Of a stretch of DNA of 64,000 nt, positions 60,089 to 64,000 are shown one piece after another. Each line of letters starts with the position of its first letter. The stretch's first letter is position 1. A model generated the notes under the pieces. It had not been told where the DNA came from and did no database searches. It saw only the letters and a list, made by a program, of their open reading frames with translations. The stretch comes from an uncultured Thermoleophilia bacterium (GTDB taxonomy: Bacteria > Actinomycetota > Thermoleophilia > UBA2241), in contig CAVPXA010000002.1 of assembly GCA_963709635.1 (NCBI GenBank), positions 6,858 through 70,857 of the forward strand, written 5' to 3'. The position numbers and the translations under genes were made by a program.

Positions 60089-61069
60089 TCACCCTCCGAT
60101 CTGGGACATCGACCGCTCGTTGGCCAGGGCCTCGCTGCAGCGGTCGAAGGTCTTGCCGGCGACGGCCTTGCCGATCTCCGCGCGCAGGCCGTCTGGGTCC
60201 CCGAGCAGCGGCCTGATGTTGACCTCGCGGCCGGAGAACAGGCAGGTGCGCAGCCGGCCGTCGGCCGTGAGGCGCAGGCGGTTGCAGGTCTCGCAGAAGT
60301 GGTCGGACACGCCGGCGATGAAGCCGATGGTGCCGCGCGCGCCCGCGACCTTCCAGTACTGCGCCGGCCCGTGGCCGTAGGGCCCGTCGTGGCCGATGAG
60401 CACGTACTCCTGCATGAGCCGGCGCAGCACGTCCCCCGCGGGGAGCAGGCGCCCCTCGCCGCCGAGGTCCTCGTCTCCGGCGATGCGGCGGTCGAGCGGC
60501 ATGAACTCGATGAAGCGCACGTGCACTTCGTACTCGCGCGTGAGCGCGACGAAGGCCTCCAGCTCCTCCTCCACGCCGGGCAGGAGCAGGGTGTTGATCT
60601 TGATGGGTGCGAACCCGGCGGAGAAGGCGGCGTCGATGCCGGCGAGCGTGTCCTCGAGGTGGCCGCCGCGGGTGATGCGCGCGAACCGGTCCGCGTCGAG
60701 ACTGTCGAGGCTGATGTTGACCCGGTGCAGGCCGTTGGCTGCCAGCTCGCCGGCGTACCTGGGGAGCAGCAGACCGTTCGTCGTGAGCGAGATGTCGTGG
60801 ATGCCGCTGGTGCGGCTGATCATGCCGACGAAGTCGGCGCAGCCGGTCCTCACCAGCGGCTCGCCGCCGGTGATACGCACCTTGGAGATGCCTGCGTCGG
60901 CGGCGGCGCGCGCGAACACGGCGAGCTCTTCGTAGCTGAGGATCTCGCCGTGGTCGCGCGCCTTGATCCCCTCCTCCGGCATGCAGTACGTGCAGCGGAG
61001 GTTGCAGCGGTCGGTGATGGAGAGGCGCAGGTAGTCGACCCGGCCCTGTTCGCGCGGCGTGGCGTCCAT
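60089..61069 (-). CDS. moaA: GTP 3',8-cyclase MoaA (radical SAM)
   Basis: 326 aa with [21 protein letters not shown] (CX3CX2C), ITGGEPL, and the C-terminal double Gly ...SQIGG. Confidence 0.96.
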   Translation of the reverse strand: MDATPREQGRVDYLRLSITDRCNLRCTYCMPEEGIKARDHGEILSYEELAVFARAAADAGISKVRITGGEPLVRTGCADFVGMISRTSGIHDISLTTNGLLLPRYAGELAANGLHRVNISLDSLDADRFARITRGGHLEDTLAGIDAAFSAGFAPIKINTLLLPGVEEELEAFVALTREYEVHVRFIEFMPLDRRIAGDEDLGGEGRLLPAGDVLRRLMQEYVLIGHDGPYGHGPAQYWKVAGARGTIGFIAGVSDHFCETCNRLRLTADGRLRTCLFSGREVNIRPLLGDPDGLRAEIGKAVAGKTFDRCSEALANERSMSQIGG

Positions 61070-61378
61070 GGGGGCCCAGTGTACCGCCCGGCCGAGCGTT
61101 CGTCACACTGAAAGATAACGAAGGCGGCGCCCGTCGCGCCCGGTGCGCCGGGCGCCCGGATCCCGGAAGACGACGGACGCCGGGCGGCTGTGCCTGCACT
61201 CCCATCAGGAGTGGCCGCCCGGCGTCGCGTCGCGCCGGCCCCGGCGCGCGAGAACTGCCGGGGGACCGGGTGGCGCGGACGGGAGAATGGGCGAGAAACC
61301 CCGACCGCGCCGCCACGTCCCCAGGCGCCGCCGCGGACCGGCAGGCAGCAGGGAAAGGAGACCCGGCGCGAAGCCGGT

Positions 61379-61487
61379 GCTTTCTCCTTTCCGCACTGGG
61401 AGACACGGCGGTTTCCCGCTGTACCCTGCCGGCATCCGGCTCCGTAGGCGATGCCCGTAGGAGTCCGGCGCTCGGAGAAGCGCTGCC
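61379..61487 (-). promoter_or_regulatory. Moco (molybdenum cofactor) riboswitch
   Basis: The minus strand reads GGCAGCGCUUCUCCGAGCGCCGGACUCCUACGGGCAUCGCCUACGGAGCCGGAUGCCGGCAGGGUACAGCGGGAAACCGCCGUGUCUCCCAGUGCGGAAAGGAGAAAGC. It contains the conserved CUCCGAGC, GGGAAACC and GGAAAGGAG blocks of the Moco RNA motif. It lies upstream of moaA. Confidence 0.7.
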
Positions 61488-61539
61488 AGTATAAGGAATC
61501 CCTTAGCGTCCCGGCAAGGCGATTCTGCGCGGCCGGCCG

Positions 61540-62649
61540 TCAGCCTGCCGTCAGCACCGGTACGTCGGCCGGCAGCACGTGTACGTCGGCCGGTCGCACG
61601 CGCACGGCGACCTCGTGGCCGACGCCGATCCCGGCCGCCTCCAGCTCGGCGGCCGGGACCAGGGCCTCGAGCGGCGCGGGAGCGTCGAGGCCCACCAGGA
61701 CGTGGCCGCCCTGCAGCGTGAGGCGCGTGACCGTGGCCGCCGGAGCTCCCGCCGCCGGAGCCGCCGAGAGGCGCACGTCCTCCGGCCGGATCACGACGGT
61801 CACATCGCCGTCGGGGAGCGGCCGGGCGACGGCCAGCCTGCCGCCGGCCTCCAGCACCGCGACGCTCGGGTCGGCCGGGTCGCGGCGCGCGGCCAGCACG
61901 TTACGCGCGCCGAGGAACCGGGCGACCGCCGCGTCGGCCGGCCGCCGCAGCACGTCCAGCGGCCGGCCCTGCTGGTGCAGCCGCCCGCCGATGAGCACGC
62001 TGCACTCGTCGGCGAGCGCGAACGCCTCGTCGCGGTCGTGGGTGACGTGGAGCACGGGCAGGCCGCGCTCGCGACAGACCTGCCGCAGCAGGTCCTGCAG
62101 CGACTCGCGCGCCTCGGGGTCCACGGCGCTGAGCGGCTCGTCGAGCAGCAGGGCGCGGGGCCGGGCGGCGAGCGCCCGCGCCAGCGCCACCCGCTGGCGC
62201 TCGCCGCCGGAGAGCGTGTCCGGGCGGCGACCGAGCAGGTCGCGCACGCCCACTGCGTCCGCGAGCCGCACGACCTCGGCCTCGATGCCGTCCCTGCCGC
62301 GTGCCGCTGAGCCGCCCTCTCCAGCCGCACCGGCGTCTCCTGCCCGGCCCGCGGCCCGCATCCCGTAGGCGATGTTCTTCGCCACGGTCAGATGCGGGAA
62401 CAGCAGCCCGTCCTGGAACACGAGACCCACTCGGCGTCGCTCCGGCGCGAGGTCGCCGACGTCCGCGCCGGCGAGACGGATCTCCCCGCCGGAGGCGGGG
62501 AGCACGCCGGCCACGGCCTCGAGCACCAGGCTCTTGCCGGCGCCGCTCGGGCCGAGCAGCACGCCGTAGCTCCCGTCGGCGACCGTCAGGTCGACCGGTC
62601 CCACACGGAAGCCGCCGGCCACGACCTCGAGTCCGCGGAGCTCGATCAC
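61540..62649 (-). CDS. modC: Molybdate/tungstate ABC transporter ATP-binding protein
   Basis: Tail of ORF 61540..62892 from GTG 62649 (GTGA overlap). Conserved blocks: GPSGAGKS, LSGGERQRVALARA, LLLDEPLSAVD, plus a C-terminal TOBE-like domain. Confidence 0.85.
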   Translation of the reverse strand: MIELRGLEVVAGGFRVGPVDLTVADGSYGVLLGPSGAGKSLVLEAVAGVLPASGGEIRLAGADVGDLAPERRRVGLVFQDGLLFPHLTVAKNIAYGMRAAGRAGDAGAAGEGGSAARGRDGIEAEVVRLADAVGVRDLLGRRPDTLSGGERQRVALARALAARPRALLLDEPLSAVDPEARESLQDLLRQVCRERGLPVLHVTHDRDEAFALADECSVLIGGRLHQQGRPLDVLRRPADAAVARFLGARNVLAARRDPADPSVAVLEAGGRLAVARPLPDGDVTVVIRPEDVRLSAAPAAGAPAATVTRLTLQGGHVLVGLDAPAPLEALVPAAELEAAGIGVGHEVAVRVRPADVHVLPADVPVLTAG

Positions 62650-63446
62650 CGTGCACCGGTCCCGGAGCGGCGGCGCGGCACCAGGAACGAGCGCACCAGC
62701 AGGAACACCACGAACGCGACGATGACGATGAGCACCGCGGGCGGCTGCGCCGCGCGGAGCCCGAACCCCTCGAACCGCTCGAAGGTCAGCACCGAGATCA
62801 CCTTGGGGTTGTACGCGAGGATCACGACGGCCCCGAACTCGCTGATCCCTCTCCCCCACATGAGCAGCGCGCCGGCCATGACCCCGCGCCACGCCTGCGG
62901 GAGCGTCACGCGGGCGAAGGCCCCGAACCGCGACGAGCCCAAGGTCCGCGCCACGTGCTCGTAGCGCGGGTCGACGAGCGCGAACGCCTCGCGCGCGCCG
63001 TCGACGAGGAACGGGAGGCTCACGAAGATCATCGCCAGCACGATGCCGGCGACGTTCTCGGTGAAGGTGATGCCAAGCGGCTCGAGGAGCCGTCCGACGA
63101 CGCCCTGCCGGCCGTAGACGGTGAGCAGGGCGATGCCGGCGGCGGTGTGGGGAAAGACGATCGGCAGGTCGATGACGCCCTCGACCGCGCGCTTGCCCGG
63201 GAACTCCTTGCGCGCGAGCAGGTACGCGAGCGGCACGCCGACCACAAGGCCGATGACCGTGGTGATGAGCGCCGCCGTCAGCGTGAGGACCAGGGAGCGG
63301 CGCACGTCGTCCTGCCGCAGGGCCTCGCCCAGGAGGCCGGCGCCGGCGCCCACGATCATGCTCGCCGCCGGCAGGGCCACGAACGTGACGAGGACGACGC
63401 CGGCCACGGCGCAGAGCGCCCAGAACGGAGACACCCGGAGGCGCAT
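62646..63446 (-). CDS. modB: Molybdate/tungstate ABC transporter permease
   Basis: 266-aa polytopic ORF with an EAA-type loop (DPRYEHVARTLGSSRFGAFARVTLPQA). Confidence 0.88.
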   Translation of the reverse strand: MRLRVSPFWALCAVAGVVLVTFVALPAASMIVGAGAGLLGEALRQDDVRRSLVLTLTAALITTVIGLVVGVPLAYLLARKEFPGKRAVEGVIDLPIVFPHTAAGIALLTVYGRQGVVGRLLEPLGITFTENVAGIVLAMIFVSLPFLVDGAREAFALVDPRYEHVARTLGSSRFGAFARVTLPQAWRGVMAGALLMWGRGISEFGAVVILAYNPKVISVLTFERFEGFGLRAAQPPAVLIVIVAFVVFLLVRSFLVPRRRSGTGAR

Positions 63447-64000
63447 CAGGCGGCGCTGGTCACTCCGCCGCCGCGCACGCCCGCCTCACCTCCTGCGGTG
63501 CGGCCGCCGGAGTCGTCCAGCTCCGGCGGCGTGAGCAGCGGCTGGTGGTCGGCCTCGAGGATGCGCCTTCCCTCGGGGCCGAGCAGGAAGGCGACGAACT
63601 CCCGCGCCAGCCCGGGCTCGGGCGCGTTGGCGGGGATCGTGAGGGCGTAGCGGATCACGTCCCCCGTGAACTCGGGGGTGACGCTGGCGAAGCGCTGGAA
63701 GTCGAGCTTGACGCTCACGGTCGCGTACTCCTCGCGACGGTCCGCGTCGCCGAGGTCGATCGCCTCGGGCAGCTCCACGTACTCGAGCCCGTGCTGGCGG
63801 GCGACGCTCTCGTACTCGAACGCGCAGTCCAGGTCGCCCGACTGGAGCAGTGCGACGAGCTGGATGCTGGCGCCGCGCAGGACCACGTTGGAGCCGCTGC
63901 TGGTCTCGAGGATCTCCGGGACCTCGATCACGTCCACGCCGTCATCCGCGCCGCCACGGTGCTCGACGGTGATGGGGGTGGTGAAGCGGCCCATCAGCAT
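63446..64000 (-). CDS. Molybdate/tungstate-type ABC substrate-binding protein; 5' end runs off the window
   Basis: Open to the window edge, with PBP-like sequence (...DLDCAFEYESVARQHGLEYVELP...YALTIPANAPEPGLAREFVAFLL). The stop overlaps the modB ATG. Confidence 0.7.
   Translation of the reverse strand: MLMGRFTTPITVEHRGGADDGVDVIEVPEILETSSGSNVVLRGASIQLVALLQSGDLDCAFEYESVARQHGLEYVELPEAIDLGDADRREEYATVSVKLDFQRFASVTPEFTGDVIRYALTIPANAPEPGLAREFVAFLLGPEGRRILEADHQPLLTPPELDDSGGRTAGGEAGVRGGGVTSAA

Noticed and set aside
58269-61406. 1045-aa ORF spanning moaA, moaC and beyond.
   Set aside because: Only the MoaC segment is meaningful in this frame. The rest is Arg/Pro/Gly-rich read-through of other genes' alternative frames and of the repeat array.

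Overview
This is a roughly 70% GC chromosomal segment, transcribed almost entirely from the minus strand. Its housekeeping gene order looks Gram-positive/Firmicutes-like; that taxonomic reading is inference only. The conserved blocks are:
- a peptide ABC transporter cluster with embedded catabolic genes
- CIRCE-groES-groEL
- tsaE-tsaB-rimI-tsaD
- a DUF2520-panC-yjbQ-HPS/RraA operon
- acpS-nnr-CBS-alr-cca-mutM-DUF123
- glmS ribozyme-glmS, ridA and glmM
- rplM-rpsI
- hemX-hemA-hemC-hemD
- a variant System I cytochrome c maturation operon (ccmE-F-A-B-C-D, with a CxxxY CcmE)
- modABC, then a Moco riboswitch, then moaA-moaC-MOSC/mogA

The stand-out accessory element is a compact, orphan RiPP cassette at 45398-47441. 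It consists of an RRE-radical SAM/SPASM maturase followed by two tandem Nif11-leader precursors with double-glycine sites and divergent one-Cys cores. It sits between hemD and the rplM promoter, and a DUF62 SAM hydrolase gene lies immediately upstream.

Other accessory content:
- a SipW/TasA-like matrix cluster with one decayed copy, next to two paralogous secreted beta-propeller genes (one with an in-frame TAG)
- a visibly less GC-rich islet with a DUF4143 ATPase, 23-nt-period repeats and a remnant of an MmeI/PglX-type methyltransferase
- several tandem-repeat and palindrome arrays

Caveat: as given, the sequence has about 20 or more single-base frame disruptions inside conserved genes. Long chimeric ORFs in the track (for example 32333..35434 and 58269..61406) are artefacts of these disruptions plus the high GC. 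No rRNA, tRNA, CRISPR array or transposase was seen.
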